DNA of 64,000 nt from a virus, in IMG/VR virus record IMGVR_UViG_3300014627_000002, positions 1-64,000 of that record, one strand, 5' to 3'. Shown here in pieces: positions 52,758-61,170 of this stretch. Below the pieces are notes generated by a model, which did no database searches, had not been told where the DNA came from, and worked only from the letters and a program-made list of their open reading frames with translations. The stretch's first letter is position 1. Each line of letters begins with the position of its first letter. The translations under genes and the position numbers were made by a program.

Positions 52758-53099
52758 ATGAAAAAAGCAGCAGTTGAAGTTAGTTTGAAAGATACCCCTG
52801 AAAATACAGCTTTATCAGTATTTGAGGGCATTATCGCACCACTCATAAAGTCAAAAGTTGCAGCAAGCGGACAAGAGCAAGGTACTGAATTATTCCATGA
52901 TTTGTTTTATGTCCTTGCCCGTTTCTATTTAGACACGAATGGTGCTGAAAGTGCACAGGATCTACACCAGGTCATTGCAAATGCTACTGACGATTTACCA
53001 GCCGATGATGGTGCTCAGCCAAGCGAAGAACCGCAGATGACAGATGAAGTTCAATCTGATGAAGATTTTCATGAGCCCGAGCAAAACAAAGCAAATTAA
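52758..53099 (+). CDS. acidic hypothetical protein
   Basis: 113 aa with a D/E-rich C-terminal tail (DDLPADDGAQPSEEPQMTDEVQSDEDFHEPE). Confidence 0.6.
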   Translation: MKKAAVEVSLKDTPENTALSVFEGIIAPLIKSKVAASGQEQGTELFHDLFYVLARFYLDTNGAESAQDLHQVIANATDDLPADDGAQPSEEPQMTDEVQSDEDFHEPEQNKAN

Positions 53100-53150
53100 T
53101 GATTCATCCCAAAGATCAATTTACGCAAGATTGGGTAGAGGAAATAACCG

Positions 53151-53636
53151 GTGAAAGATACCAATACATTGACCTGCAGCGTGGAACGCATGCTGATCGA
53201 GCTTCACAGTCCAGTGAAGATAGCGGCTTTGCTCAAGCAAATGCCGCCAAACGCAAACTATATCGCCGTAAATCGGTACAAATGCGGCTCAATTTTTTAT
53301 CAAGTCATTGCTAACAGCATCTTGGTTGATCATCTGAATGGCGCCGGCTGGGGTGTGACTAATCAGAAAACAATTGATGAGCTCGATAGTGTGCTTCAGA
53401 AGATTGGTTTTTTCCTGGTCCATATTCCTTTACTCGAAAAAGAACTTTCACTGGTCAATATAGAAAGTAATTTGAAAATCGATAAGTTTTATCTTCTTGA
53501 GCAGCAAGTTGCTACCCGTATCGAAACTGTGAGCTTACGCCGTGATGATGAACGTGAGTGTCAAGAATACTGGCGCGGACAGGTTGATGCATTTGAAATC
53601 ACAAAACACATGATTAAAAGCGCAATGGCCAGTTAA
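53151..53636 (+). CDS. hypothetical protein
   Basis: GTG start with a GAGGAA RBS 6 nt upstream. Preferred over the overlapping 53099..53314 ORF. Confidence 0.55.
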   Translation: MKDTNTLTCSVERMLIELHSPVKIAALLKQMPPNANYIAVNRYKCGSIFYQVIANSILVDHLNGAGWGVTNQKTIDELDSVLQKIGFFLVHIPLLEKELSLVNIESNLKIDKFYLLEQQVATRIETVSLRRDDERECQEYWRGQVDAFEITKHMIKSAMAS

Positions 53637-53656
53637 GGCCGTACAGGGGTTATAAG

Positions 53657-54694
53657 ATGGGATATTCAGTATATGATCAGAAAATTAACGGCGTAGAGCG
53701 TGATGCCGGTTATGGTGTACCAGCATATTGTGATCATCCGGGATGCTTTGAGGTCATCGACCGTGGTATGGGTTATGCTTGTTGCGGTGATCCATTGCAT
53801 ACGGCGAGTTGTGGGGGCTTCTACTGTAAAGAACATAGATACCAATTAGTCTATCAAGATGATCTTCAAGAAATGAGTGATGAAGATCTTAAACGCTTAG
53901 GTATCGATTCACGTGAAGAACGAGCACATGATGAAGATGACGGCATTATCCGCTGTATTCACCAGCCAATTGAACTTAAAACAACTAAAGAGTGGGCTGA
54001 CCATATCGAACAGGATGAATCATGGCAGACATGGCGCAACAAGTTCCCTGAAGATTTTAAAAAGCTGCAAGCTGATGCTGCTTTCTGGCATGCAAAGGCA
54101 CAAGAACAGCATGATAATGACGCCGTAGACCTTTTTGCCACAAAAATGAAGGAGAAGTTAGCCCAAGCACGGGCTAAGGGTCGCAGCGGATGGCAAACAT
54201 GCGAGAAGGACCTTTTCTCAACCATGTTTGTAGAGCATCTATTTAAAAATAATGAAAACAACTTGTTTGACCTGGCTAATCTTTTGATGTTCTACGAACA
54301 CCTGAACGGCGATACACAAGGGCTACTTGAAGAAATCTGTAAGTGTATTCAAGCCATAGCAGCAGAAAAGCCAGCAAAGGCACTTATCTTTAATGTTGAC
54401 CACGGAAATATGTCAATTGGGTTCCGTACTTCTTTTAATGAGCATATAGAGAAAATAGCCCAAATCCTTAAAGAAAAAATTGGTGTAGATGCCGTTCTGG
54501 TGAATAACAATGCCGGCATATTTCAAATAAATGAAACGGCAGTTTTGTCCAAACATAATAATGTTTTTCAAAAGAAGGGAGAGCCTTGTAAACACTATTC
54601 CACAGAAATGTTTCTTAACGGCCAAGCCAGATGTTTTAACTGTGACTGCATAGTGAATGAGAAGCGCGAGATCATCCGGGGTGAGCATGGATAG
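53657..54694 (+). CDS. Cys-rich hypothetical protein
   Basis: N-terminal YCDHPGCFEVIDRGMGYACCGDPLHTASCGGFYCKEH. The C-terminal ARCFNCDCIVNEKREII is shared with the 56033 ORF. Confidence 0.6.
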   Translation: MGYSVYDQKINGVERDAGYGVPAYCDHPGCFEVIDRGMGYACCGDPLHTASCGGFYCKEHRYQLVYQDDLQEMSDEDLKRLGIDSREERAHDEDDGIIRCIHQPIELKTTKEWADHIEQDESWQTWRNKFPEDFKKLQADAAFWHAKAQEQHDNDAVDLFATKMKEKLAQARAKGRSGWQTCEKDLFSTMFVEHLFKNNENNLFDLANLLMFYEHLNGDTQGLLEEICKCIQAIAAEKPAKALIFNVDHGNMSIGFRTSFNEHIEKIAQILKEKIGVDAVLVNNNAGIFQINETAVLSKHNNVFQKKGEPCKHYSTEMFLNGQARCFNCDCIVNEKREIIRGEHG

Positions 54695-54797
54695 TATTTA
54701 TGATGCATGTATTTTGGCTATTGTCTTGGTGCTTATTATAGCGTTTGGCATGGGCTTTCTTGCTTGCTGGATTATGTTTGCTTACGGGCTTATGTGA
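54687..54797 (+). CDS. 36-aa single-TM micropeptide (below ORF-track cutoff)
   Basis: MDSIYDACILAIVLVLIIAFGMGFLACWIMFAYGLM; overlaps the upstream stop and ends 8 nt before the next start. Confidence 0.4.
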   Translation: MDSIYDACILAIVLVLIIAFGMGFLACWIMFAYGLM

Positions 54798-54805
54798 GGG
54801 TGAGC

Positions 54806-55342
54806 ATGAATAAAGATGCATTCATAGCTAAAGTTCTAGCAGTTACTCCAGACCACTTAATTCTTAATGTTATGAAAGGGTATGCAGAGCAAATTGTAGA
54901 TGATAGCAATTATTGGAATTTGCTAGGCACAGCTTGGAAAGTAAGTGGTTCGTTTGAACATCAAGACCAGTGGATTGAACTGTTTCAAAGTAAACGGCGT
55001 AACCGTCAAAAAATCATGAAAACCAGCGAACGTAGAGAGTTCTCAAGACTTCCTAATATTGTAACGGCCTATCGTGCCTACACACATGCAGATGAGTTAA
55101 AGCATTCAATCTGCTGGTCACTGGATCTGGCATTCGTAAAGCAATATGCCGAAAAAACAGGGCGTAAAGTTGCGGTAATGCAATTCAATAAGGCGAATAT
55201 TTTTGCATATTTTAATCGCCGTAAAGAGTCTGAAATTCTGGTATGGCGTGGTATCGATGACTCATTTCCAGGTACACGTCAGAAAGCAGAAGAACATATA
55301 AACAATGGTGCCAGATTGACTAAGCATCAAATAACCTTGTGA
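54806..55342 (+). CDS. protein with tentative ADP-ribosyltransferase (R-S-ExE) signature
   Basis: VTAYRAY ... ICWSLDLAFVKQYA ... FNRRKESEILVWRG, in the order and context of R / S-x-(S/T) / E-x-E-(I/V)-L of R-S-E clade ARTs. The ATG at 54806 has a GAGGGTGAG RBS. Confidence 0.35.
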   Translation: MNKDAFIAKVLAVTPDHLILNVMKGYAEQIVDDSNYWNLLGTAWKVSGSFEHQDQWIELFQSKRRNRQKIMKTSERREFSRLPNIVTAYRAYTHADELKHSICWSLDLAFVKQYAEKTGRKVAVMQFNKANIFAYFNRRKESEILVWRGIDDSFPGTRQKAEEHINNGARLTKHQITL

Positions 55343-55360
55343 AAAATAGGAAAAGTAGTA

Positions 55361-55888
55361 ATGGCATATTTTCAAATAGTAGACGCGGATCTTATGCAGC
55401 AAGTAGAAGCCCAGCTCGCAGAACGTGATGCACTTCAGGAGCGAATTGAGAAATTCGCCAAGTTGATTGGTGTAAAAAGTTACAACATGGAAAATTCGCT
55501 ATTTTCAGGTTTGTACCTTGTCGCTGTTGGTGTAAAGCGTTGTGATGAAAAGGACATAGATTTAACAAAGTGGCGCAAATTGAAAACCAAAAATCCAGAT
55601 TACTTCAAACTGGTACCGCGTAAATCGAATAAAGAGTTTGCCAAACTTTATGAAGACAATTTTCCTGAAGAACAATTTTCATATTGGCCAATGCTCAAAA
55701 TGATCTTAAAGAATAATGATTACTGTCCATTTACCAAAGGTGGCATAGGGTTATTTCATGCACCTGGTAAATACGTGATTCTCGATACAACGGCGCCGTA
55801 TGGGTTTGCACCTGGTATAAAAGAAATTACTGAGAGTGAGTATTTTTCTATTCGTGCTGAAGTGAGTAAGGAACCGGAAAATGGCTGA
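55361..55888 (+). CDS. hypothetical protein
   Basis: 175-aa ORF 18 nt after the ART-like gene. Confidence 0.6.
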   Translation: MAYFQIVDADLMQQVEAQLAERDALQERIEKFAKLIGVKSYNMENSLFSGLYLVAVGVKRCDEKDIDLTKWRKLKTKNPDYFKLVPRKSNKEFAKLYEDNFPEEQFSYWPMLKMILKNNDYCPFTKGGIGLFHAPGKYVILDTTAPYGFAPGIKEITESEYFSIRAEVSKEPENG

Positions 55889-56036
55889 ATATATGGCCTT
55901 ATGGTTCATAGTTGTAGGTACTCTGGCCGCTTTCAGTATCCAAACAGATAAGTCAGGTTATTTCAACTCTTTACTGGTGACATTAACCGCCATATGTTTT
56001 GGCTTTGCTACTTATATTGGGAGCATCCAGGGATGA
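55881..56036 (+). CDS. 51-aa two-TM micropeptide (below ORF-track cutoff)
   Basis: MAEYMALWFIVVGTLAAFSIQTDKSGYFNSLLVTLTAICFGFATYIGSIQG; overlaps both neighbours (ATGGCTGA and GGATGA). Confidence 0.4.
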   Translation: MAEYMALWFIVVGTLAAFSIQTDKSGYFNSLLVTLTAICFGFATYIGSIQG

Positions 56037-56236
56037 GTATGTCTGAGTGGACAGTAATTAAAGTAGTCTGTGTGAAGTGTGGCCACTATTTAACGGGATG
56101 CTATTGTGATCATTTTGGTAAGGATTGTATGCACTTAAATGTTGGTGAGTATGGGAGTAATGGACTGGCTGAGTGCTTTAATTGCAAGAAATGGATAAAT
56201 AAAGATAGAGAGGCTGTGAAAGATTTCGATGATTGA
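56033..56236 (+). CDS. small Cys-rich protein
   Basis: CVKCGHYLTGCYCDH...AECFNCKKWINKDREAV. The start is taken at the ATG coupled to the upstream micropeptide stop. Confidence 0.5.
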   Translation: MSMSEWTVIKVVCVKCGHYLTGCYCDHFGKDCMHLNVGEYGSNGLAECFNCKKWINKDREAVKDFDD

Positions 56237-56483
56237 ACTCCTTATTCAATTAGCTTTGATTCTGTTTCTAGTAATTGCTTATATTCTAGTTGGGCTATAT
56301 TTCAATTACCTTAGAAAAGATAAAGTTTTAAGCGCATTTACATGGATTATCTTCATGGGGGTAATTGGAGGTTATACCCAAACTTTTTCAATTACGGCGC
56401 TCACTGATTGGAATGATTTGTGGTGCATCTTTGCATTTAGTTATTTATTTATTTATGAAGCACCTGATTGGGTAAAGTCGTGA
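56229..56483 (+). CDS. small membrane protein
   Basis: 84 aa with three hydrophobic segments. Confidence 0.55.
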   Translation: MIELLIQLALILFLVIAYILVGLYFNYLRKDKVLSAFTWIIFMGVIGGYTQTFSITALTDWNDLWCIFAFSYLFIYEAPDWVKS

Positions 56484-56722
56484 TGCCAAGTAAAGTAAGA
56501 ACCTTAAATCAAGAAGATTGGAAACGTACACAGCTAAGAATGCCACAAGAGCAATATCAGACAGTGGCTGGTTACGCTGAGAAAAACAATCTTTCCCTTA
56601 ATTCAGCAATCTTAGAGCTGCTGGAAAAAGCTGTAGATTTAGACAGTGATGTGAGTGTAAGCGACTCATCTATTACAAAAATAGCCGATAAGGTTATCGA
56701 GCGTATAAGGGGCCATAACTAA
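56483..56722 (+). CDS. Arc/MetJ-type ribbon-helix-helix protein
   Basis: TQLRMPQEQYQTVAGYAEKNNLSLNSAILELLEKA; TGATG coupling to the upstream gene. Confidence 0.55.
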   Translation: MPSKVRTLNQEDWKRTQLRMPQEQYQTVAGYAEKNNLSLNSAILELLEKAVDLDSDVSVSDSSITKIADKVIERIRGHN

Positions 56723-56745
56723 AATCTGTAAAGAAAGATTGAAAT

Positions 56746-56778
56746 AGGGCCAGTAGAAATACTGGCCCTTTAATTTTA
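56746..56778 (+). terminator. rho-independent terminator
   Basis: GGGCCAGT-agaaat-ACTGGCCCTTTAATTTT. Confidence 0.7.
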
Positions 56779-56823
56779 GGAATAGAAAAAAAACTGATTT
56801 TTCAGCTTCACCAAAATAAGCCT
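56779..56823 (+). promoter_or_regulatory. late-operon box (copy 9)
   Basis: GGAATAGAAAAAAAAC at 56779; AAAATAAGCC at +34. AGCCTTTTA (56819-) / TAAAAGGGCT (-56856) lies before the ATG at 56862. Confidence 0.55.
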
Positions 56824-56861
56824 TTTAGAAGTCAAAGACGCAAAACTAAAAGGGCTATTTT

Positions 56862-57572
56862 ATGACTGGTATATTGATTGTGATTGGATTCTTCTTTGCT
56901 TTATTTATTGGGAGCCGGTTAGGTAAACGTAGCGTTGCGCACGATTGCCAAGATTACGGCGGTTTTACTTATGGCGATTATTTTTATGAGTGTATAGTCC
57001 GTCCGATTGACGAGCCAGAATACGGCCTACCAGACGCTATAGCTGAACACTCAAAAGCAGATATAAACCCATTTGCAGAAAACACACTGGATAAAGTGAA
57101 ATTCTTAAAACAGAGTACTAAAGATAGTCTGGCCAAAGGTGAATCATCCGGTTTGGCCATATTTCCTGATGGTATGTTTACTGATCAAAAAGAAGAACAT
57201 GATTGTTTACACTGTCAGAGTGATGCTAATGAGCTATCACGCCGTATGATTCTATGTAAGGACTGTGGCAATAAACGCTGTCCAAAGGCTCAGAATCATC
57301 GTTTTAATTGCACTGGTAGCAATGTTACGGGCCAGATCGGTAATGTGGATTCTACGGCGGACCAGAAGCGCTTAGACGGCTCTAGTATTGTTCATCAAAC
57401 TGTACTTCACGATATTGGTGCAAGTTCATACCAGGCGAATACATTTAAATCCGATTCAACTTATAAAGATGAACCACGTTGTTCAGGTCCATCTGTTGAT
57501 TCAGGTTCAAACAGTTCTAGTGATTCATATAGTTCGTGTGACTCAAGCAGTTCCAGCAGTTATAGCGATTAA
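56862..57572 (+). CDS. late membrane-anchored Cys-rich protein with Ser-rich C-terminus
   Basis: N-terminal TM GILIVIGFFFALFIG; CLHCQ...CKDCGNKRCP; the tail is SGSNSSSDSYSSCDSSSSSSYSD. Confidence 0.55.
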   Translation: MTGILIVIGFFFALFIGSRLGKRSVAHDCQDYGGFTYGDYFYECIVRPIDEPEYGLPDAIAEHSKADINPFAENTLDKVKFLKQSTKDSLAKGESSGLAIFPDGMFTDQKEEHDCLHCQSDANELSRRMILCKDCGNKRCPKAQNHRFNCTGSNVTGQIGNVDSTADQKRLDGSSIVHQTVLHDIGASSYQANTFKSDSTYKDEPRCSGPSVDSGSNSSSDSYSSCDSSSSSSYSD

Positions 57573-57598
57573 TCTTACTATTTAATGAATGGACCCTT

Positions 57599-57781
57599 AT
57601 GGCTAATACATCAATCATGCGGCCTACTGATGCAAGTCACTTCTTTACAGCATTAAGTGGCCAGACTCGCTACTTCAAAATAGAAGACGGTAAGCTGATG
57701 TGCTGGTATGAAGAACTTCAAGAATGGAAATATCCAATAGCAGCAAACTACCTGATGAAAAACATACAGTTAATCAAGTAG
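57599..57781 (+). CDS. hypothetical small protein
   Basis: 60-aa ORF followed by a terminator. Confidence 0.45.
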   Translation: MANTSIMRPTDASHFFTALSGQTRYFKIEDGKLMCWYEELQEWKYPIAANYLMKNIQLIK

Positions 57782-57804
57782 TCAGTTAAAATCCAGATCA
57801 ATAT

Positions 57805-57829
57805 GACCCGCCGTGTGCGGGTTTTATTT
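57805..57829 (+). terminator. rho-independent terminator
   Basis: ACCCGC-cgtgt-GCGGGTTTTATTT. Confidence 0.75.
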
Positions 57830-57869
57830 CATGTTTAAATGAACAAATAAACAAATGAACAATAAAATC
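57830..57869. promoter_or_regulatory. TGAACA-repeat array (class A, locus 7)
   Basis: CATGTTTAAATGAACAAATAAACAAATGAACAATAAAATC. Confidence 0.55.
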
Positions 57870-57911
57870 TATTTGATATAAATATTCTTTATCGTATTAT
57901 TCTATGTAATA

Positions 57912-57960
57912 TTATGCGCATTAGTATAAAATAAGACATATTTTATAATTTAATGCATTA
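57912..57960. promoter_or_regulatory. class B operator-like sites (locus 9)
   Basis: TTATGCGCATTAGTATAAA (compare TATGCGAATTAGTATAAT at 38175) and the palindrome TAATGCATTA. Confidence 0.55.
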
Positions 57961-57996
57961 TTTTTGCCGTTCTAACGGCGCAATGGAAACAAGACA

Positions 57997-58689
57997 ATGA
58001 AACAGCAATTTATTGCAGCAATGCAAAGCTTGGCAGATGGAGAAACTATTTTTCCTGCTAATAGTGAATTTTGGGAAAAGATTTTTAATGAAATCGATAG
58101 CGGCAAATTAAACAATATTCAACGAGAATGGGATTTGGTGTACCGCACTATTGCTTTTCTTAATCGCACTCACTATGTAGCTGCTAAAGATTCAGCACTT
58201 GAACCCTATTCAGGCCGAAAACCGGTTGAAAATCTTGAAGTAGCCATAAGCCGTATGCTTTTAACGGCTATTGAGTACCGGCTACAACAAAAGAGCGTGG
58301 CAGTTATTTGTGATTCTCATGAAGAAAAACGCCGTTTTCAGCAGAAGTATGAAAACCTTCTTTTAAAAATAGGTTCACAAGAATTAGAAGAATATAGGGA
58401 TGTGAATATTTTAGATGCAAAAGGTGGCATTGACTTTCTGGTCTATCAAGATTCTTTGAAATTTGACTGGCAGCAGATGCGTATACAGGGTTCTTACTGC
58501 ACCTGTCTGGTATCGCCGTTTTTGATTCGTAACCGTTTTTCAAGCCAATTCCACGCTTATAACCGTTTTATGCATTGGCAGGCTCTCAGTCCTTTCGTAA
58601 TGAAAGCAATGTGGTGGGAACACAATCCAAGTATATCTTTAGCTCGTCTTAATAAGACTGATCTGCCTAAAAACGGCGGTGAGGTATGA
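57997..58689 (+). CDS. hypothetical protein
   Basis: 230-aa ORF, first gene of an operator-controlled operon. Confidence 0.6.
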   Translation: MKQQFIAAMQSLADGETIFPANSEFWEKIFNEIDSGKLNNIQREWDLVYRTIAFLNRTHYVAAKDSALEPYSGRKPVENLEVAISRMLLTAIEYRLQQKSVAVICDSHEEKRRFQQKYENLLLKIGSQELEEYRDVNILDAKGGIDFLVYQDSLKFDWQQMRIQGSYCTCLVSPFLIRNRFSSQFHAYNRFMHWQALSPFVMKAMWWEHNPSISLARLNKTDLPKNGGEV

Positions 58690-58898
58690 AATATCAGATT
58701 GACGATAAGGTTGTTTTTAAAAGTAAAAGAAGGACTCCAAAAATCTGGACTGTAAAAGGAGATACAAACTGGCGGCCTAATCATATCTTGTTGAGCAATT
58801 CAGAAGACGGGTTGCTTCATCCCCACCATGAGGACGAAGTACGTCTAATCACAGATGAGGAGCAGAAAGCAGGTAGGCGGTTAGGAGGTAAGGTGTGA
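58686..58898 (+). CDS. small SH3/KOW-like protein
   Basis: ATGA overlap; YQIDDKVVFKSKRRTPKIWTVKG. Confidence 0.5.
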   Translation: MKYQIDDKVVFKSKRRTPKIWTVKGDTNWRPNHILLSNSEDGLLHPHHEDEVRLITDEEQKAGRRLGGKV

Positions 58899-59158
58899 AT
58901 CTAATTGAAAAATGCGGTGGACAAGGCCCAGCCGAAATAATTGCCGCTTTAGTGCTCTCAACTGTTGCATGCCCTGAAGGATATTTCCCTCAATTACAAA
59001 AATACTTTTCTGTAGTTGATGGCCATGTGTACCTCTACCACGAGAAAGAACGTCAATTTCTACCATATATGGATTTAGATAAGGTTTATCTCGACTACGT
59101 GTGGCTGAAAGATCTTAAAGCAGAACTCGAAGCATGTATGCAGGACGGTGCGGCATGA
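58895..59158 (+). CDS. hypothetical protein (MNLIE family)
   Basis: GTG start with a GGAGG RBS. The N-terminus MNLIEKCGG is shared with the truncated ORF at 61916. Confidence 0.5.
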   Translation: MNLIEKCGGQGPAEIIAALVLSTVACPEGYFPQLQKYFSVVDGHVYLYHEKERQFLPYMDLDKVYLDYVWLKDLKAELEACMQDGAA

Positions 59159-60222
59159 ATAAGATTTTATTTGGTGATTGCCGTGAAGTTATGGCCCGGC
59201 TGATTGATCAAGATATAAAGATTCAGACCTGTATTACTTCGCCGCCGTATTATGGCTTGCGTGATTATGGTGTAGATGGGCAGCTTGGACTCGAAGCCAG
59301 TGTAGATGAATACGTTCAGAATATGGTTGAAGTATTCCGGCTGGTACGTGAGCTGCTGCATGATGATGGCACACTTTGGTTAAATCTTGGTGACAGTTAT
59401 GCAGGTTCCGGACGTGGTATGTCGAAAAAGGGGCTTAATGATGGAAAAAACCTTAAAACTAAGGGCTTGATATTACCTAGACAGAATATAGCGGAATCAA
59501 ATTTAAAGCCGAAGGACTTAATTGGTATTCCGTGGCGAGTCGCTTTTGCTTTACAGGCAGATGGCTGGTTTTTGCGACAAGATATAATTTGGCATAAACC
59601 TAACCCAATGCCAGAAAGCGTAACTGATCGCTGTGTTAAAGCACATGAATATATATTTCTTTTTAGCAAAGCTCGTAAATATTTCTTTGATCATGAGTCT
59701 ATTAAAGAACCCCTAGCCGAAAGTTCACTAAAACGTATATCTCAAGATATTGAAAAACAGGCGGGGAGTAGTCGCGTTCCAGGTAAAACTAATGGACCAA
59801 TGAAAGCAGTATTTAGAAGTAGTGGTAACAAGGCTCGCCGTTCCGGGACTGATCGTGGCTGTCCAGAGAATACAGGAAGTAATGTATGTGGCTCAATTCC
59901 CTGGGAGGGCATAACCAGAAATAAACGTAGTGTATGGACTGTCTCCAAAAAACCTTATAGCGGTGCGCATTTTGCAACATTTCCAATAGATTTAATTGAA
60001 CCATGTGTTCTTGCAGGATCTCGAGAGAATGATCTTGTACTTGATCCGTTTATGGGGTCTGGAACCACGGCGGCAGCGGCATTAAAACATGGGCGTAAAT
60101 ATGTCGGCTGTGAGTTAAATGAGCTGTACGGTCAGCTACAACAGGAACGTTTAAAAAAGTTGAATGAGGAAATTAAGTCTATTTCAAAACAACAAGACTT
60201 ATTAGGTGGCATCACTTTATGA
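59155..60222 (+). CDS. orphan DNA methyltransferase (N4C/N6A, beta class, SPPY type)
   Basis: Motif IV ITSPPYYGLRDYG and motif I VLDPFMGSGTTAAAALKHGRKYVGCE. The ATG at 59155 overlaps the upstream stop. Confidence 0.8.
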   Translation: MNKILFGDCREVMARLIDQDIKIQTCITSPPYYGLRDYGVDGQLGLEASVDEYVQNMVEVFRLVRELLHDDGTLWLNLGDSYAGSGRGMSKKGLNDGKNLKTKGLILPRQNIAESNLKPKDLIGIPWRVAFALQADGWFLRQDIIWHKPNPMPESVTDRCVKAHEYIFLFSKARKYFFDHESIKEPLAESSLKRISQDIEKQAGSSRVPGKTNGPMKAVFRSSGNKARRSGTDRGCPENTGSNVCGSIPWEGITRNKRSVWTVSKKPYSGAHFATFPIDLIEPCVLAGSRENDLVLDPFMGSGTTAAAALKHGRKYVGCELNELYGQLQQERLKKLNEEIKSISKQQDLLGGITL

Positions 60223-60632
60223 GAAACCAGAATTTAAGGAAAGAAGTTAGGCACGGGATATTGAGTGGTTATCAACATTATGGCTGCCGTTGTGATCTTT
60301 GTAAAAAAGCAAAAAAAGAATATGAAAAGCAACGTGTCTTGAAGAAAGTGCCAGAACTGGTTGGACCTAAACCTATAAAACACGGGACAGGTACGGCGTA
60401 CTCATATCACGGTTGTCGTTGTGAGGTTTGTTGCGCATATCACAGGGGCTATCAACGGTATTTGTATTTACAGAGGAAATCTCATGAAAACCTGCCAGAT
60501 GAAAAGTTGCTGGAACCCTTAAATGAAATCAATAACCCATGTGGAACTGCTGAAAGTTATTCATTCGGATGCTCATGCAATCAGTGTTTAACAGAAGGTC
60601 GTCAATTATGGTTAAAACAGGCGGTAATGTAA
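60219..60632 (+). CDS. triple [H/C]GT-x3-Y-x4-C-x-C-x2-C repeat protein (copy 2)
   Basis: Three repeat units: HGILSGYQHYGCRCDLC, HGTGTAYSYHGCRCEVC, CGTAESYSFGCSCNQC. ATGA-coupled to the methyltransferase. Confidence 0.65.
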   Translation: MRNQNLRKEVRHGILSGYQHYGCRCDLCKKAKKEYEKQRVLKKVPELVGPKPIKHGTGTAYSYHGCRCEVCCAYHRGYQRYLYLQRKSHENLPDEKLLEPLNEINNPCGTAESYSFGCSCNQCLTEGRQLWLKQAVM

Positions 60633-61168
60633 TGGATTTTCAGAAAGAAACAGAAGCGTTTTTAAGCAAACAACCGAAGGAAATAGCTCGAATATTTTCA
60701 TTAATTGAGTTTTGCGAAAGTTTGAATATTTTTCGTTTTAAAGAAGCCAACACTAAATTGGACTTAGGCGTGGATTTACATATTCTTAATTACGGTTGGA
60801 GTATGTGGCAAGCCAGAGCCCAACCAGAACCGACTCTTTTAGAAAATGACTGCATGATTGATCAGGTATGGTTTATGAAGGGTACGCCAGTAATAAATTT
60901 AATTAAACATGCTGAAGGCGTTTATCAGGCTGAAGTAGCTACTCAAAACTCAAAAATTGAGTTTGGTACTGATGATAATAAAATTTGGTGGGCGCATGAC
61001 GTTCCTTTCTACGGTCGGGTACAGCTAGAGCGTTTTGAAGAACACGGCATGACCGAGTGGGATATTCACTTCAACGAATGTTGGCAGGGACCATTTGACT
61101 CTAAGGCCAAAGCCATAGAGCACTTAGAGACGTGCATTGCAGAACAGCGCCAGGAACAGGGGGCTTAA
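60632..61168 (+). CDS. hypothetical protein
   Basis: TAATG coupling; start taken at MDFQKE. Confidence 0.55.
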   Translation: MDFQKETEAFLSKQPKEIARIFSLIEFCESLNIFRFKEANTKLDLGVDLHILNYGWSMWQARAQPEPTLLENDCMIDQVWFMKGTPVINLIKHAEGVYQAEVATQNSKIEFGTDDNKIWWAHDVPFYGRVQLERFEEHGMTEWDIHFNECWQGPFDSKAKAIEHLETCIAEQRQEQGA

Positions 61169-61170
61169 TA

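Noticed and set aside
53099-53314. 71-aa ORF starting at the TAATG after 52758..53099
   Set aside because: It overlaps the longer 53151..53636 ORF, which has a good GAGGAA RBS and a GTG start. The two are alternatives, and I kept the longer one. Translational coupling makes the short one not impossible.
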